Below are positions 50,301 to 60,523 of a stretch of 64,000 bases of DNA, in pieces. Below the pieces are notes generated by a model, which saw only the letters and a program-made list of their open reading frames with translations, did no database searches and was not told the DNA's origin. Made by a program: the position numbers and the translations under genes. Location of the stretch: positions 28,407 to 92,406 of the forward strand of contig CAVVCM010000005.1 in NCBI GenBank assembly GCA_963746755.1. The letters are read 5' to 3'. Every line of letters begins with the position of its first letter. Position 1 is the stretch's first letter. This DNA is from an uncultured Actinomycetota bacterium (GTDB lineage: Bacteria > Actinomycetota > Actinomycetes > Mycobacteriales > Mycobacteriaceae).

Positions 50301-51923
50301 CGGCTGCGCGACGGGGTCGGGGTTGCGGTTCCGCTGGGCGTGCCGGCCACCTTCACCGAGGAGGTGGCCGACCCGCTGGGCGAGCTGCTGGGCCGCTACG
50401 CGCGAACCCACACCCCGTTCACCACCGCCGAGGCCGCCGCCCGGTTTGGCCTGGGACTGCGGGTGACGGCCGACGTGCTGGGCCGGCTGGCCGGTGACGG
50501 CCGGCTGGTGCGTGGTGACTTCGTCGCCGCCCCGGAAGCGGCCGGGGGCGAGCAGTGGTGCGACGCCGACGTGCTGCGCATTTTGCGGCGGCGCTCGCTG
50601 GCGGCGCTGCGGGCCCAGGTAGAACCGGTGAGCACTGCCGCGTACGGGCGGTTCCTGCCGGCCTGGCACCGAGTGGGCGCGGCTGATTCGTTGGGCTCCT
50701 CGGGGCATTGCGGCCTGGACGGACTGGTGTCCGTGATCGATCAGCTGTCCGGCGTTCGGATGCCGGCCTCGGCGATCGAACCGCTGGTGCTGGCGCCGCG
50801 GGTCCGTGACTACTCCCCCGCGATGCTCGACGAACTGCTCGCGACCGGGGAGGTCACCTGGTCGGGTGCCGGTTCGATTTCGGGTAGCGACGGTTGGATC
50901 GCGCTGCACGCGAGCGATTCCGTGGCATTGACCCTGGCCGGGCCCACCGACATCGACTTCACCGACGCCCACCGCGCGATCCTGGACACGCTGGCCGGCG
51001 GAGGCGCGTACTTCTTCCGCCAGCTCGCGCAGAGCGGGCTCCCCGACACGGAGCTCAAAGCCGCGCTGTGGGAGCTGATCTGGGCCGGCTGCGTCACCGG
51101 CGACACGTTCGCGCCGGTGCGCGCCCTGCTGAGCGGAACGGGCGCCCGCAAGCGCTCCGCCCCGGCGCACCGGGCACATCGCCCGCCGCGCCTGAGCCGA
51201 TACAGCGTCGCGCGCGCGCAGTCGCGCACTACCGATCCGACCGTGGCCGGGCGATGGTCAGCCTTGCCGGCTCCCGAGCCGGATTCCACGTTGCGCGCCC
51301 ACTCCCAGGCCGAGCTGCTGTTGAGCCGCCACGGGGTGCTGACCAGAGGCGCGGTAGCGGCCGAAAGTGTCCCCGGCGGGTTCGCCACTCTCTACAAGGT
51401 GCTGAGCACCTTCGAGGACGCCGGCAGGTGCCAGCGCGGCTATTTCATCGAATCGTTGGGCGGCGCGCAGTTCGCCGTCGCGTCGACCGTCGACCGGCTG
51501 CGCAGCTACAGCGACGGTGTCGACCCGCAGCGGCCGGAATACCGGGCAGTGGTGCTGGCGGCCGCCGACCCGGCCAACCCCTATGGTGCCGCGCTCCCCT
51601 GGCCCGCCTCGATCGGCGACGGGGCACGGCCGGGCCGCAAGGCCGGGGCGCTCGTCGTGCTGGTGGACGGCGACCTGGCCTGGTTCCTCGAGCGCGGCGG
51701 GCGGTCGCTGCTGACCTTCACCGATGACCCCGCGGCCCACCACGCGGCCGCCATGGCGCTGGCCGACTTGGTCGCCTCCCGGCGCGTCGCCTCGATCCTG
51801 GTCGAACGCATCGATGGGGTGCCGGCATTGCAGCCACGCTCGGGCGGCCGGGAGTCCACGGCGCTGAGCGGACTCGTTGAGGCCGGATTCGCTCGCACAC
51901 CACGCGGAATGCGGCTGCGGTAA
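47319..51923 (+). CDS. lhr: Large ATP-dependent DNA/RNA helicase Lhr
   Basis: 1534 aa with SF2 motifs [12 protein letters not shown] and SAT, plus the long Lhr-specific C-terminal extension. Confidence 0.93.
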   Translation: MTTRSAPQPPDPLGRFSAVTREWFTSTFAAPTAAQAEAWDAIADGDNTLVIAPTGSGKTLAAFLWAIDSLAALPSGPDRPGGTRVLYVSPLKALAVDVERNLRTPLAGLTRIAERRGLPPPDISVGVRSGDTPPARRRQLIARPPDVLITTPESLFLMLTSAARDTLTGVQTVIVDEIHAIAAGKRGAHLALSLERLDDLRQGRPAQRIGLSATVRPPEELARFLSGQSPTTIVAPRAAKTVELTVQVPVPDMANLPNNTIWPDVETRLVDLIESHSSTIVFANSRRLAERLTSRLNEIHAERRGIALATDTNPRVPGGAPAHIMGSSQQQGQTLGADAALARAHHGSVSKEQRALVEEDLKRGLLKAVVATSSLELGIDMGAVDLVIQVEAPPSVASGLQRIGRAGHQVGEVSQGVLFPKHRTDLIGCAVTVQRMLAGQIETMRVPANPLDILAQHTVAAAALEPLDADRWFDTVHRSAPFATLPRSVYEATLDLLSGKYPSTEFAELRPRLVYDRDTGTLTARPGAQRLAVTSGGAIPDRGLFTVYLASSVEDSEKPSRVGELDEEMVYESRPGDVISLGATSWRITEITHDRVLVIPAPGQPARLPFWRGEDVGRPAELGAALGAFTGELAGLDREAFDKRCAGLGFDAYATDNLWGLLEEQRTAAGVVPTDTTLLVERFRDELGDWRVILHSPYGLRVNGPLALAVGRRLRERYGIDEKPTASDDGIVVRLPDTDLSGGDGAPPGAELFVFDADEIDPIVTAEVGGSALFASRFRECAARALLLPRRHPGRRSPLWHQRQRAAQLLDVARKYPDFPVVLETIRECLQDVYDVPALVELMAAIAQRRVRVLEAETARPSPFAASLLFGYVGAFMYEGDTPLAERRAAALSLDATLLAELLGRVELRELLDPEVIAATGRQLQHLSGDRAARDAEAVADLLRLLGPLTEAEVAARASVDDVGGWLEGLRAARRAVTVSFAGRGWWVAIEDIGRLRDGVGVAVPLGVPATFTEEVADPLGELLGRYARTHTPFTTAEAAARFGLGLRVTADVLGRLAGDGRLVRGDFVAAPEAAGGEQWCDADVLRILRRRSLAALRAQVEPVSTAAYGRFLPAWHRVGAADSLGSSGHCGLDGLVSVIDQLSGVRMPASAIEPLVLAPRVRDYSPAMLDELLATGEVTWSGAGSISGSDGWIALHASDSVALTLAGPTDIDFTDAHRAILDTLAGGGAYFFRQLAQSGLPDTELKAALWELIWAGCVTGDTFAPVRALLSGTGARKRSAPAHRAHRPPRLSRYSVARAQSRTTDPTVAGRWSALPAPEPDSTLRAHSQAELLLSRHGVLTRGAVAAESVPGGFATLYKVLSTFEDAGRCQRGYFIESLGGAQFAVASTVDRLRSYSDGVDPQRPEYRAVVLAAADPANPYGAALPWPASIGDGARPGRKAGALVVLVDGDLAWFLERGGRSLLTFTDDPAAHHAAAMALADLVASRRVASILVERIDGVPALQPRSGGRESTALSGLVEAGFARTPRGMRLR

Positions 51924-51925
51924 CC

Positions 51926-52681
51926 ATGCCCGAAGGCGACACCGTCTGGCATACCGCGGCCATGCTGCGACAGCATCTGCTCGGGTGCACGCTGACGCGC
52001 TGCGATGTCCGGGTACCGCGGTTCGCCACCGTCGACCTCACCGGACAAGTCGTGGACGAGGTGTTCAGCCGGGGGAAGCATTTGTTCCTCCGAGTCGGAC
52101 CGGCCAGCATTCACTCGCATCTGAAGATGGATGGCAGCTGGCGGGTCGACAACCGCCCGGTGCGGGTGGACCACCGGGCACGAATCATCTTGGAAGCCGG
52201 CACGGTCCGGGCGGTCGGGGTCGACCTGGGGGTGCTGGAGATTTTGGAGCGCGACCATGATGGCGACGTCGTCGCGCACCTGGGTCCCGATCTGCTGGGC
52301 GCGGACTGGGACGCTGCGCTTGCGACCGCCAACCTCAGGGCACTCCCGGACCGGCCGGTCGCCGAGGCGCTACTGGACCAGCGGGTGCTGGCCGGGATCG
52401 GCAACGTCTACTGCAACGAGCTGTGTTTCGTCAGCGGACATCTGCCTACCGTGCCGGTGAGCGCGGTCACCGATCCGCGTCGGCTGGTCTGCCGCGCCCG
52501 AGACATGTTGTGGCTCAACCGCTTCCGCTGGAATCGCTGCACCACCGGTGACACCCGGCCGGGACGGCAGCTGTGGGTCTACGGGCGAGCTGGGCAGACT
52601 TGCCGTCGCTGCGGCACACGCATCAACTACGACGACACCGGGGAGCGGGTGGCTTACTGGTGCCCGACCTGCCAGCGCTGA
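51926..52681 (+). CDS. nei: Endonuclease VIII (Fpg/Nei family DNA glycosylase)
   Basis: MPEGDTV N-terminus (catalytic Pro2/Glu3), H2TH region, and C-terminal zinc finger CRRCGT...CPTCQ. Starts 2 nt after lhr. Confidence 0.9.
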   Translation: MPEGDTVWHTAAMLRQHLLGCTLTRCDVRVPRFATVDLTGQVVDEVFSRGKHLFLRVGPASIHSHLKMDGSWRVDNRPVRVDHRARIILEAGTVRAVGVDLGVLEILERDHDGDVVAHLGPDLLGADWDAALATANLRALPDRPVAEALLDQRVLAGIGNVYCNELCFVSGHLPTVPVSAVTDPRRLVCRARDMLWLNRFRWNRCTTGDTRPGRQLWVYGRAGQTCRRCGTRINYDDTGERVAYWCPTCQR

Positions 52682-52704
52682 ACCGGCCTAGCTTGGCGAC
52701 GATG

Positions 52705-52723
52705 CACTCCGCGGAGCGGAGTG
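52705..52723. terminator. Hairpin between convergent nei and lpqC (possible bidirectional terminator)
   Basis: CACTCCGC-GGA-GCGGAGTG, a perfect 8-bp stem. No T-tract. Confidence 0.35.
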
Positions 52724-52745
52724 AAAGGGAGCCAAGCAATCAGAC

Positions 52746-53663
52746 CTAGTCCCGGGCGTGCGCCAGGAAAAACTCCGCAATGGCTTCCGACCCGTCGAGC
52801 GCGCGAGTGGTCGGCCCGATGATCGCCTTCGGCAGGTATTGCTTGCCGCCCGGCCAGGTGTGCCCGCCGGTGTCGATCTGATAGAAGACCACTTCGGTGG
52901 ACGCCGCACATGGCGTGGAATCAAAGCGGTGGACGACGGTGCCGTCCCCGACGTTGGGCAACACCTGCGCCGAGGGATCGCCTTGGCAGCCGTCGGTCGA
53001 ACGCCACTTGTCCACCATGTTCTTGACCGAGATGGAGTGGCTGACTCCGCCGCGTCCGCGCACGTCTCCACCGTTGAAAGGCACCAGCGGATCGGAGGTT
53101 CCGTGGGCTTCCCAGACCGACACCGGTCGCGACGGATTGCAGCCCACGCCCACGCCCAGCGTGCCGGCCACGGGCGCGATCGCGGCGAAGACATCGGCGC
53201 GGTCACACGCCAGCCTGTTGGACATGAAGCCACCGTTGGACATCCCGGTGACAAAGACATGCCCGGGGGCGATGTCATAGTCGTCTTGCAGCTTGCTCGC
53301 CAGCCCGACCAGGAAACCGACATCGTCGACATGACGGCGATCGGCCGGCGACGCTCCTCGCCCGTCGGCCCAGCTCTTGTCGTAACCGTCGGGATAGACC
53401 ACCAACAGGTTGTGGGCGTCGGCAACGCTGTCGAAGTTGGTCAGCCCCTGCTGTCCGATCCCGGTACCGCCGCCACCGTGCAGGCTGAGCACCAAACCGA
53501 CAGGATCCCCAGGCGGCACATGCAACCGGTAGGTCCGGTCCATGCCGCCGGAATGAAAGGTGCCAAACGCATCTCGAGCGCTGGCCGCCGACACATGCCG
53601 CACGCCACAGCCGATGACACACACCGCCACCAGAGCGAACCACAACCATCGCGCGTAGGGCAT
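52746..53663 (-). CDS. lpqC: Secreted esterase lipoprotein LpqC (PHB-depolymerase/feruloyl-esterase fold)
   Basis: Signal peptide with lipobox VIGC. HGGGG oxyanion region and GMSNGG nucleophile elbow. Confidence 0.85.
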   Translation of the reverse strand: MPYARWLWFALVAVCVIGCGVRHVSAASARDAFGTFHSGGMDRTYRLHVPPGDPVGLVLSLHGGGGTGIGQQGLTNFDSVADAHNLLVVYPDGYDKSWADGRGASPADRRHVDDVGFLVGLASKLQDDYDIAPGHVFVTGMSNGGFMSNRLACDRADVFAAIAPVAGTLGVGVGCNPSRPVSVWEAHGTSDPLVPFNGGDVRGRGGVSHSISVKNMVDKWRSTDGCQGDPSAQVLPNVGDGTVVHRFDSTPCAASTEVVFYQIDTGGHTWPGGKQYLPKAIIGPTTRALDGSEAIAEFFLAHARD

Positions 53664-53859
53664 GTCGTCAAATTACCGATCGCATTCGTAAATTGACGGC
53701 GACGTACGGGTAAACAGTGTCCGGCGGTGCAACCAAGCCTCGTGTGGCAGCGATCGCAATAACAGCGATCTTGTATCGTGCGACGCGGTAACGTGCGAGC
53801 ATTCGGGCTGGCCGGCTATCAGCAAACAACGGCGCTTCTGTTCCACTGGAGTATCAGAG

Positions 53860-54210
53860 ATGACGAGCACCCACGTACGCAAGCCCAGCGCTCTGCGAGC
53901 GCTATTGGCTACCGGCGTTGTCCCGGTGGTCGGGCTGCTCGGTTCCCTGGCAGTGGCTCCGACCGCTCAGGCTGACCCTAACGATGACGCTTTCATAGCA
54001 GCGCTGGAGGCCAAGGGCATCACCTACGAGTCACGCCAAACCGCAATCAATTCCGGTCATTTGGTTTGCCACGAACTCGATCTCGGCCAAACGCCGGAGC
54101 AGGTCGCAAACGACGTCCTGAATAGCAGCCACCTGGACGGGTATCACGCCGGCTACTTCGTCGGCGTGAGCATACGGGCGTACTGCCCGAACTACGTGGC
54201 TGCGTCCTGA
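53860..54210 (+). CDS. DUF732-family secreted protein
   Basis: Signal peptide ending AQA-DP, then DDAFIAALEAKGITY...AINSGHLVCHEL...YCP with the two conserved cysteines. Confidence 0.8.
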   Translation: MTSTHVRKPSALRALLATGVVPVVGLLGSLAVAPTAQADPNDDAFIAALEAKGITYESRQTAINSGHLVCHELDLGQTPEQVANDVLNSSHLDGYHAGYFVGVSIRAYCPNYVAAS

Positions 54211-54291
54211 GAATTTACAGCTAGTTGACAGTCCCGTGACGCCGGTGCGCGTAAAATCAGCGTCGGAAACTATCGGGGAGAAGACGCCCAA

Positions 54292-54495
54292 ATGATTGCG
54301 AAACTTTTGGTCGGCGTTGTTATCGCTCTTGGAGCTGCGGGATGGGCTGCAGCCTCGGCAGGCGCCGACCCTAACCCGTTCAGTACCCTCAGCTGTAGCT
54401 GCCAAGAGACGGCTCCGCCCGGCAGCCCGATTCTTACGGACAAGATCGACCAGGGACTCCAGCAGGGCCTGTCTGATCCGGCAATGGTGCAGTAA
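54292..54495 (+). CDS. Small secreted peptide with ADP(N/S)PF..LSCSC motif, paralogue 1
   Basis: 67 aa. Sec-type signal MIAKLLVGVVIALGAAGWAAASAGA, then a 42-aa mature part DPNPFSTLSCSCQETAPPGSP...GLQQGLS. GGGGAG RBS. Confidence 0.65.
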   Translation: MIAKLLVGVVIALGAAGWAAASAGADPNPFSTLSCSCQETAPPGSPILTDKIDQGLQQGLSDPAMVQ

Positions 54496-54590
54496 TTTTC
54501 AGTCCTGACTCGGCCTCTTCGAGATCGAGTCGGCATCCGTCCGAGACCGCCATCGCATAGTCTCTCAGACAGCCACAATCTTGGAGACCT

Positions 54591-54800
54591 ATGGTGATCA
54601 CCAAAGTATTGGTAAGCGCCGCGGCCGCGGTCGCGGTGGCCGTAGCAGCATCGGCCGGCGCAGACCCCAGCCCGTTCAATGCCCTTAGCTGCAGCTGCCC
54701 GAAGGCGGTCAAGAGGGGCGAACGCCCTGTCGCGGACCAGGTCGCTCTGGGAATCCAGAGTGGTCTGACTGCTCTGCAAGGCGTCCCGGGCCCGCACTGA
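54591..54800 (+). CDS. Small secreted peptide with ADP(N/S)PF..LSCSC motif, paralogue 2
   Basis: 69 aa. Signal MVITKVLVSAAAAVAVAVAASAGA, then mature part DPSPFNALSCSCPKAV...GIQSGLT. GGAG 7 nt upstream. Its stop directly abuts the atsB stop (TGATCA). Confidence 0.65.
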   Translation: MVITKVLVSAAAAVAVAVAASAGADPSPFNALSCSCPKAVKRGERPVADQVALGIQSGLTALQGVPGPH

Positions 54801-57713
54801 TCAGCCCGCCGCGCCCTGTCCGACGGCTTGGACCGAGGCGTGCTCGTGCAAGGCCTTTTCGGCTTCTTGGTGAACAGGCCTTAGATCGAAGATGACTTCT
54901 TTGACCGTTCCGGTGAACGCGTACGGCGCCCTGTCCTCATAGTCGCGGTCAACGACTAGGCCGTTGTCGCGGCTGATGTCCATCCCGGCGTAGGACGTGA
55001 AGGCCAGCGGCACCGTTTTGGCCAGCTCACCCTCGCCGATGCGCCGATCGTTGGCCCACAACGTCACCCGACCACCGGAGCCGGCGACCGGTTGCTCGGA
55101 TTCGAACAGCATCCGCACCGTGACATCACCGGTGGGGATCGGCTCGGTGGACACCTGCTTGTAGGTATCCACCCCGAGATAGGAATAGGTGTGGTGCAGT
55201 CGCCGCTGTTCGTCGACCCACAGCGCGAAACCGCCAATGAAGTCGCCATTGGCGACGATCACGCCCTGCGCGCCGCCGTCGGGGACCTGCAGCAATGCTT
55301 CGATCGCATACGAGCGGCCGAAGATGCGCGGCACCATGCCCCGCTGAATGTTCTGCACGTCTCCTTTGAAGGTGAACCTGGTGGTGGTGGGCAAGGGCGG
55401 CAAACTGCCGAACATCACCGCGATACCGCCCAGCAGCGGCAGCACCCGGTTTCGTTCGGCTTCGGCCCACCACAGCTTCGTGAGCTCTGCGACCTTGTCG
55501 GGATGCTCGGCCGCCAGGTTGTTGGCCTGCGAGAAGTCATCGGGTAGGTAGTACAGCTCCCACACATCGTTGTCGGGGTCGTAGTTGCCGGGCGCGAACC
55601 GCTGCAGCGTCTGCGGCGACAGATCCCACGGCGCCTTATCGAGTCGAGCGCAGGCCCACCACCCGTCTTGGTAAATGGCGCGGCTGCCGAAGTTTTCGAA
55701 GTACTGCACCGTGTGGCGCTCTTCGGCCGTCGCGTCGTCGAAGGTATGCACGAAACTCGTTCCGTCCATGGGTTCCTGCTCGACACCGTCCACATGAGTC
55801 GGCTCCGGTAAGCCGATGGCCTCCAACACGGTTGGCGCGATGTCGATGCAGTGGGCGAACTGGGAGCGGACTTCCGTGTCGGGCCGCAGCCGGCTGGGCC
55901 AGGCGACCACCATCGGATCGCGGGTGCCGCCCAGGTGGCTGGCCATCTGCTTGCCCCACTGAAACGGGGTGTTGCTGGCGTGCGCCCACGCCGACGCGAA
56001 ATGCGGCGCGGTGAACTCGTCGCCCAGCGCCTCGACGCCACCGTATTGCTCGATCAGCTCCAATTGATGGTCGGCGTCGAGAAGCAAGCCGTTCAAGAAC
56101 GTCATCTCGTTGAACGACCCGGTGATCGTGCCCTCCATGCTGGCGCCGTTGTCGCCCCAGATGTAGAAGACCAATGTATTGTCTGATTCGCCGAGATCCT
56201 CAATCGCGTCGAGCAGCCGGCCAACATTCCAGTCCGCGTTTTCCGAGAACCCGGCGAACACCTCCATCTGCCGGGCATAGAGCTTCTTTTCGTTGTCCGA
56301 CAGGCTGTCCCACGCTCCGAACAGGTCGGGCCGCTCGGTCAGTTGAGCGTCGGGCGGAATGACCCCGAGCTGCTTCTGCCGTTCGAATGTGTTGCGCCGG
56401 TAGACATCCCAGCCTTCGTCGAAGTGGCCACGGTACTTGTCGGCCCATTCGGCGAACACGTGGTGGGGAGCGTGGGTGGCGCCGGTCGCGTAATACATCA
56501 TCCACGGCTTCTCGGTGTCCTGGGCCCGCACGCTGTGCAGCCACTCGACGGCTTGGTCGGTGAGGTCGTCGGGGAAGTAGTAGGGCTTACCGTCCTTGCC
56601 CTGTGGCACGCCGATCACGGAGTTGTCCTGGGTGATGATGGGGTCGTACTGACCCGCGGCGCCGGTCAGGAACCCCCAGAAGTGGTCGAAGCCCCAGCCC
56701 AGCGGCCAATTGTCGAACGGCCCCGCCGCCCCCTGGACGTTGTCCGGGGTCAGGTGCCACTTGCCGAAACCGCCGGTTGCATAACCGTTGTCGCGCAGGA
56801 TGCGCGGCAGCGACGCGCAACTTTGCGGCTTGACCGTCGAATAGCCCGGGAAGGGCCCTGGGAGCTCGCACACTGATCCGAAGCCCACCCGGTGGTGGTT
56901 GCGCCCGGTCAGCAGGGCCGCGCGGGTCGGGGAGCACACCGCCGTGAGGTGGAAGCGGTTGTAAGTCAATCCCTTTCGCGCCACTCGGGTCAGCGTCGGG
57001 GTTCGGATCGCGCCGCCGAAGGTATCCGGGCCGCCGAACCCGGCGTCGTCGATCAGCACGATCAGCACATTGGGTGCACCGTCGGGCGCCTTGGGTCCGG
57101 GAACGATCGTCCAGTCACCGACCGACTCCGCCATGGTGCGACCGATCGTCCCGCCGAAGCCGCGTCGCGGCAACGGCAGCCTGGTGCGGTCCGGGTTGAA
57201 CTTACCCATCGCTTCCTCCAGCGCCGTACCCAAGCTTCTCAGCGTCGAACGGCTCAGCTCGGCAACCGATTTCATCGGAGAGCCCGCCAGCGCCTGCTCG
57301 GTTGCCAGCCGGCCCTGCGGCGACACGACGGCAATGATCACGCCGCTGCCCGCGGCCAGCGCCTGCCCGATCTTGTCGGCCAGTCCGCTCTTGATCCGAT
57401 GGTTGGCGAACGTGCCCGCCAACGCTCCGGCCGCGGCAGCCGCCGCCGCCCCAAAAGCCGACGCCAGCAACACCGGTGAGAACAAGCCGACCGCCAGGCC
57501 CGCCCCGGCGCCCCACGCGGCGCCCCGCCGGCCGAGGCGGTTGCCGGTGTCGACCAGGACGGGATTGCCCTCGGCGTCCTTGCCGATCAGCACCGCACCC
57601 CGCAGCGGGATGCGCTTGTCCTTGGTTCGATCGGTTAGGGTTTCGAAGTCTCGGCGAGCCGAGTCGAGCTCCTGATAACCGGCAACGATGACCAGCGCGT
57701 GTTCTTCGCTCAT
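54801..57713 (-). CDS. atsB: Arylsulfatase with N-terminal membrane-associated extension (AtsB, Rv3299c-like)
   Basis: 970 aa, the size I recall for M. tuberculosis AtsB. Formylglycine motif CSPTRAALLTGRN. The N-terminal 190 aa are Gly/Ala-rich and hydrophobic. Confidence 0.88.
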   Translation of the reverse strand: MSEEHALVIVAGYQELDSARRDFETLTDRTKDKRIPLRGAVLIGKDAEGNPVLVDTGNRLGRRGAAWGAGAGLAVGLFSPVLLASAFGAAAAAAAGALAGTFANHRIKSGLADKIGQALAAGSGVIIAVVSPQGRLATEQALAGSPMKSVAELSRSTLRSLGTALEEAMGKFNPDRTRLPLPRRGFGGTIGRTMAESVGDWTIVPGPKAPDGAPNVLIVLIDDAGFGGPDTFGGAIRTPTLTRVARKGLTYNRFHLTAVCSPTRAALLTGRNHHRVGFGSVCELPGPFPGYSTVKPQSCASLPRILRDNGYATGGFGKWHLTPDNVQGAAGPFDNWPLGWGFDHFWGFLTGAAGQYDPIITQDNSVIGVPQGKDGKPYYFPDDLTDQAVEWLHSVRAQDTEKPWMMYYATGATHAPHHVFAEWADKYRGHFDEGWDVYRRNTFERQKQLGVIPPDAQLTERPDLFGAWDSLSDNEKKLYARQMEVFAGFSENADWNVGRLLDAIEDLGESDNTLVFYIWGDNGASMEGTITGSFNEMTFLNGLLLDADHQLELIEQYGGVEALGDEFTAPHFASAWAHASNTPFQWGKQMASHLGGTRDPMVVAWPSRLRPDTEVRSQFAHCIDIAPTVLEAIGLPEPTHVDGVEQEPMDGTSFVHTFDDATAEERHTVQYFENFGSRAIYQDGWWACARLDKAPWDLSPQTLQRFAPGNYDPDNDVWELYYLPDDFSQANNLAAEHPDKVAELTKLWWAEAERNRVLPLLGGIAVMFGSLPPLPTTTRFTFKGDVQNIQRGMVPRIFGRSYAIEALLQVPDGGAQGVIVANGDFIGGFALWVDEQRRLHHTYSYLGVDTYKQVSTEPIPTGDVTVRMLFESEQPVAGSGGRVTLWANDRRIGEGELAKTVPLAFTSYAGMDISRDNGLVVDRDYEDRAPYAFTGTVKEVIFDLRPVHQEAEKALHEHASVQAVGQGAAG

Positions 57714-57764
57714 AACGAGACTCCTTGTGAGACGGATAGCGTCGCCGTGGTGAGAATAGACCGC

Positions 57765-60419
57765 TTACTTCCGCGCACGCGGCGGAACGCCGTTGAAGTA
57801 GTGGAAGCGCGCGGCGCGCCGCCGAATCCGATGAGCGCGTCCGCGGGTGCGACGTGGCTGCCCGACGGGGTGCATCGGCTCGGCATAGAACATCACCTTG
57901 GCGAGCTCCACGAGGGCCAGGTAGGTGACGACGAAGGTGCCCAGCACGGCAAAGAACTGCCACGGCAACGGCCTGAAGCCCAGGGTGTGAGCCAGCGGCG
58001 AGATCGTTAGCACGGCGCCGATAGCGACCACGGTGAGACTGGTGATCGCCAGCAGCGTGCTGGGCCGGCTGCGGAAGAACGGCACCATGCGGGTGCGGAT
58101 GGCGAAGATGATCAACGTCTGCGTCGCAAGCGATTCCACGAACCAGCCGGTTCGGAACTCGACGGCATGAGCGTGCAGTACGCCCAGCATCAGCCCGAAC
58201 GTCAAAAAGTCGAACAGCGAACTGATCGGGCCGAAAATCAGCATGAACCGGCGGATGAAGGCGACATTCCAATGCGACGGTGCCTGCAGTTGCTCCTCGT
58301 CGACCCGGTCGGTCGGGATCGCCAGTTGCGAACTGTCGTAGAGCAGATTGTTCAGCAGGATCTGACTGGGCAGCATCGGCAGAAATGGCAACAGTGCCGA
58401 GGCGGCGGCCGCGCTGAACATATTGCCGAAGTTGCTCGACGTACCCATAAGCACGTACTTGATGGTGTTGGCAAAAATCCGCCGGCCCTCTGCCACGCCG
58501 GTAGCCAGCACGCCCAGGTCTTTTTCCAATAGCACTACGTCGGCCGCATCCTTGGCGACATCGGTGGCACTGTCGACCGAGATTCCCACATCGGCGGCAT
58601 GCAACGCCAGTGCGTCGTTGACACCGTCACCCAGGAAGCCGACCGCTCGCCCGTTGCGCCGCAGCGCGACGATCAGGCGTGACTTCTGTTCCGGGGAGAT
58701 GCGCGCGAAGATGGTGTGATTTTGCGCGACATCAGCCAACTCGTCGTCGTCGAGGGATTCCAACTGTGCGCCGGTGATAGTGCCCTTGGACGCCAAACCC
58801 AGATCGGCGCAAACCTTTTCGGCGACCCGCGGATTGTCACCGGTCGCGATCTTCAGCTCGATTCCGAGGTCGGCCAGTTCGGACAGGGATTGCCGTGCGG
58901 CCGGTTTGGGTTCGTCGGCGAAAACCAAAAACCCGGCCAACAACAGATCGCACTCGTCAGCCGGGGTGACCGTCGTCAATGCGGCGGCGGGTTTGGCGGC
59001 CACGGCCACCACCCGGCGCCCGGCGGCGAATAAGGACGCGAGGGTTTCCTGCGCCGCCGCCGCTGTCGTCTGGCATTGGGCCAGCACTTGTTCGGGCGCG
59101 CCCTTGACCACCAGCACGCGTTTCCCGTCGTCATCAACCAGCACCGACGTCGCCCGGCGCTCATGGTCGAACGGCAACATCGCGACCCGGTGCGCAGCGC
59201 CGCCCACCAGTCGTTGTGGCTGCGGGGATTCCCAGAGCGCGGCGTCGAGCGGATTGGCGCTGGCGCCACCGGCTTCCGGGTCCACATCGGTGGCCAGCAG
59301 CCCCAGGCGCCGGACCGACTCGCTGTGCGCACCGGCGGGGTCGATGGTGTCGACCAGGCGGATCCGGCCTTCCGTCAAGGTGCCGGTCTTGTCGGTGATC
59401 AAGATGTCGATGTCGCCGAGGTCTTCGATGCACACCAAACGCTTGACGAGGACCTTCGCCTTGGCCAGCCGCCGCGATCCGGTGGCAAGGCCGGTGCTGA
59501 CGACGGCCGGCAGCAGCTGCGGGGTGATACCGACCGCGATCGCCAGGGAGAACAGCACGGAGTCGATGACCGGCTTGTGCAAGAGCAGGTTGCTGATCAA
59601 GATGACCACCATCAGCGCGATCGCGACTTGCAGCAGCAGGTAGGAGAACCGGCGCAGCCCCACCTGGAAGCCGGTTTCGGGTGGCCGCTCGTCCAAACCC
59701 ACAGCGATGCGGCCGAATTCGGCGTTTTTCCCGGTGGCGTACACGACTCCGGTGCCCTCCCCGGCGCTGACGATGGTGCCCATGAAGGCCAGGTCGGTGG
59801 CGTCGGCCAGTTCGGTACCGGCTGGGACCGGTTGCGGCGATTTCTCCGATCCGGTCGATTCGCCGGTCAGGATGCTTTCGTTGCATTCCAGACCGCTGGC
59901 ATCGATCAGCCGGACATCGGCCGGTACGGCCTCGCCGAGCGACAGCCGAATCACATCGCCCGGCACAAGCGCGGTGACGCTGAGCGGGACGAACTCCCCG
60001 TCGCGGCGCACCACGGCGTTGTGGCGCACCCCGGCATGCAACTCGGCGGCGGCCCGCTCGGCGCGGTACTCGTTGATGAAGCCCAGGCCTACGCTGGCCG
60101 CCAGGATCACGCCGATGATGACCGCCTGAATGCTGTCGCCCAGGAAGTATGAGACGACCGCGGTGCCGGCCAACAAAACGAGCACCGCGTTGCGCAGTTG
60201 ACGACCCAGCACCGCAAGGGGATTGACGTGATGGGTCCGCACCGCATTCGGGCCGTAGCGCGCCAGCCGTGCAGACGCCTGGGTGCTGGACAATCCGGCG
60301 GCCGAGCTGTCCAACCAGCGCAGGACCTCGTCGACGGGGGCCGCGGCGACCCGATCCGTGCTCAGGGCCGCTGAGTCCGGCGTAATCGGTGTTAACGACA
60401 TTGCAGCAGGGCTCTCCAT
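57765..60419 (-). CDS. MgtA-like (type IIIB) Mg2+-importing P-type ATPase
   Basis: 884 aa with TGES, ITDKTGTLTEG and GDGVNDALAL, plus the MgtA-typical PFLPMLPSQILLNNLLYDSSQLAIPTDRVDEE segment. TM4 reads ITPQLLP. Start may be ATG 60401 (MSLTPI). Confidence 0.8.
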   Translation of the reverse strand: MESPAAMSLTPITPDSAALSTDRVAAAPVDEVLRWLDSSAAGLSSTQASARLARYGPNAVRTHHVNPLAVLGRQLRNAVLVLLAGTAVVSYFLGDSIQAVIIGVILAASVGLGFINEYRAERAAAELHAGVRHNAVVRRDGEFVPLSVTALVPGDVIRLSLGEAVPADVRLIDASGLECNESILTGESTGSEKSPQPVPAGTELADATDLAFMGTIVSAGEGTGVVYATGKNAEFGRIAVGLDERPPETGFQVGLRRFSYLLLQVAIALMVVILISNLLLHKPVIDSVLFSLAIAVGITPQLLPAVVSTGLATGSRRLAKAKVLVKRLVCIEDLGDIDILITDKTGTLTEGRIRLVDTIDPAGAHSESVRRLGLLATDVDPEAGGASANPLDAALWESPQPQRLVGGAAHRVAMLPFDHERRATSVLVDDDGKRVLVVKGAPEQVLAQCQTTAAAAQETLASLFAAGRRVVAVAAKPAAALTTVTPADECDLLLAGFLVFADEPKPAARQSLSELADLGIELKIATGDNPRVAEKVCADLGLASKGTITGAQLESLDDDELADVAQNHTIFARISPEQKSRLIVALRRNGRAVGFLGDGVNDALALHAADVGISVDSATDVAKDAADVVLLEKDLGVLATGVAEGRRIFANTIKYVLMGTSSNFGNMFSAAAASALLPFLPMLPSQILLNNLLYDSSQLAIPTDRVDEEQLQAPSHWNVAFIRRFMLIFGPISSLFDFLTFGLMLGVLHAHAVEFRTGWFVESLATQTLIIFAIRTRMVPFFRSRPSTLLAITSLTVVAIGAVLTISPLAHTLGFRPLPWQFFAVLGTFVVTYLALVELAKVMFYAEPMHPVGQPRRTRGRAHRIRRRAARFHYFNGVPPRARK

Positions 60420-60523
60420 AAGTCGGGTGACGACCGGGTCAACGATGTCATGTGCTCCGGCCCGTTCGCATGGGGAAAACCGGTTTGTTTCACTCTCTTC
60501 AACTACTGGTCAGGCAGGGGAGG

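Noticed and set aside
48321-51179. Several 300-470-aa antisense or off-frame ORFs inside lhr
   Set aside because: Same reasoning: Arg/Gly/Pro-rich nonsense translations fully contained in the 1534-aa Lhr frame, which carries helicase motifs.
54225-54257. TTGACA ... TAAAAT upstream of the first small secreted peptide gene
   Set aside because: The hexamers are perfect but separated by 21 nt, which is too long for a canonical sigma-70 promoter. TAAAAT alone may still serve as a -10 element.
60420-60523. Looked for an M-box (ykoK) Mg2+ riboswitch or mgtL-like leader peptide upstream of the mgtA-like gene
   Set aside because: The spacer is only 104 bp. It contains just a 10-bp palindrome (AAACCGGTTT) and a 7-codon mini-ORF with no proline run. 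Nothing resembles the M-box architecture.
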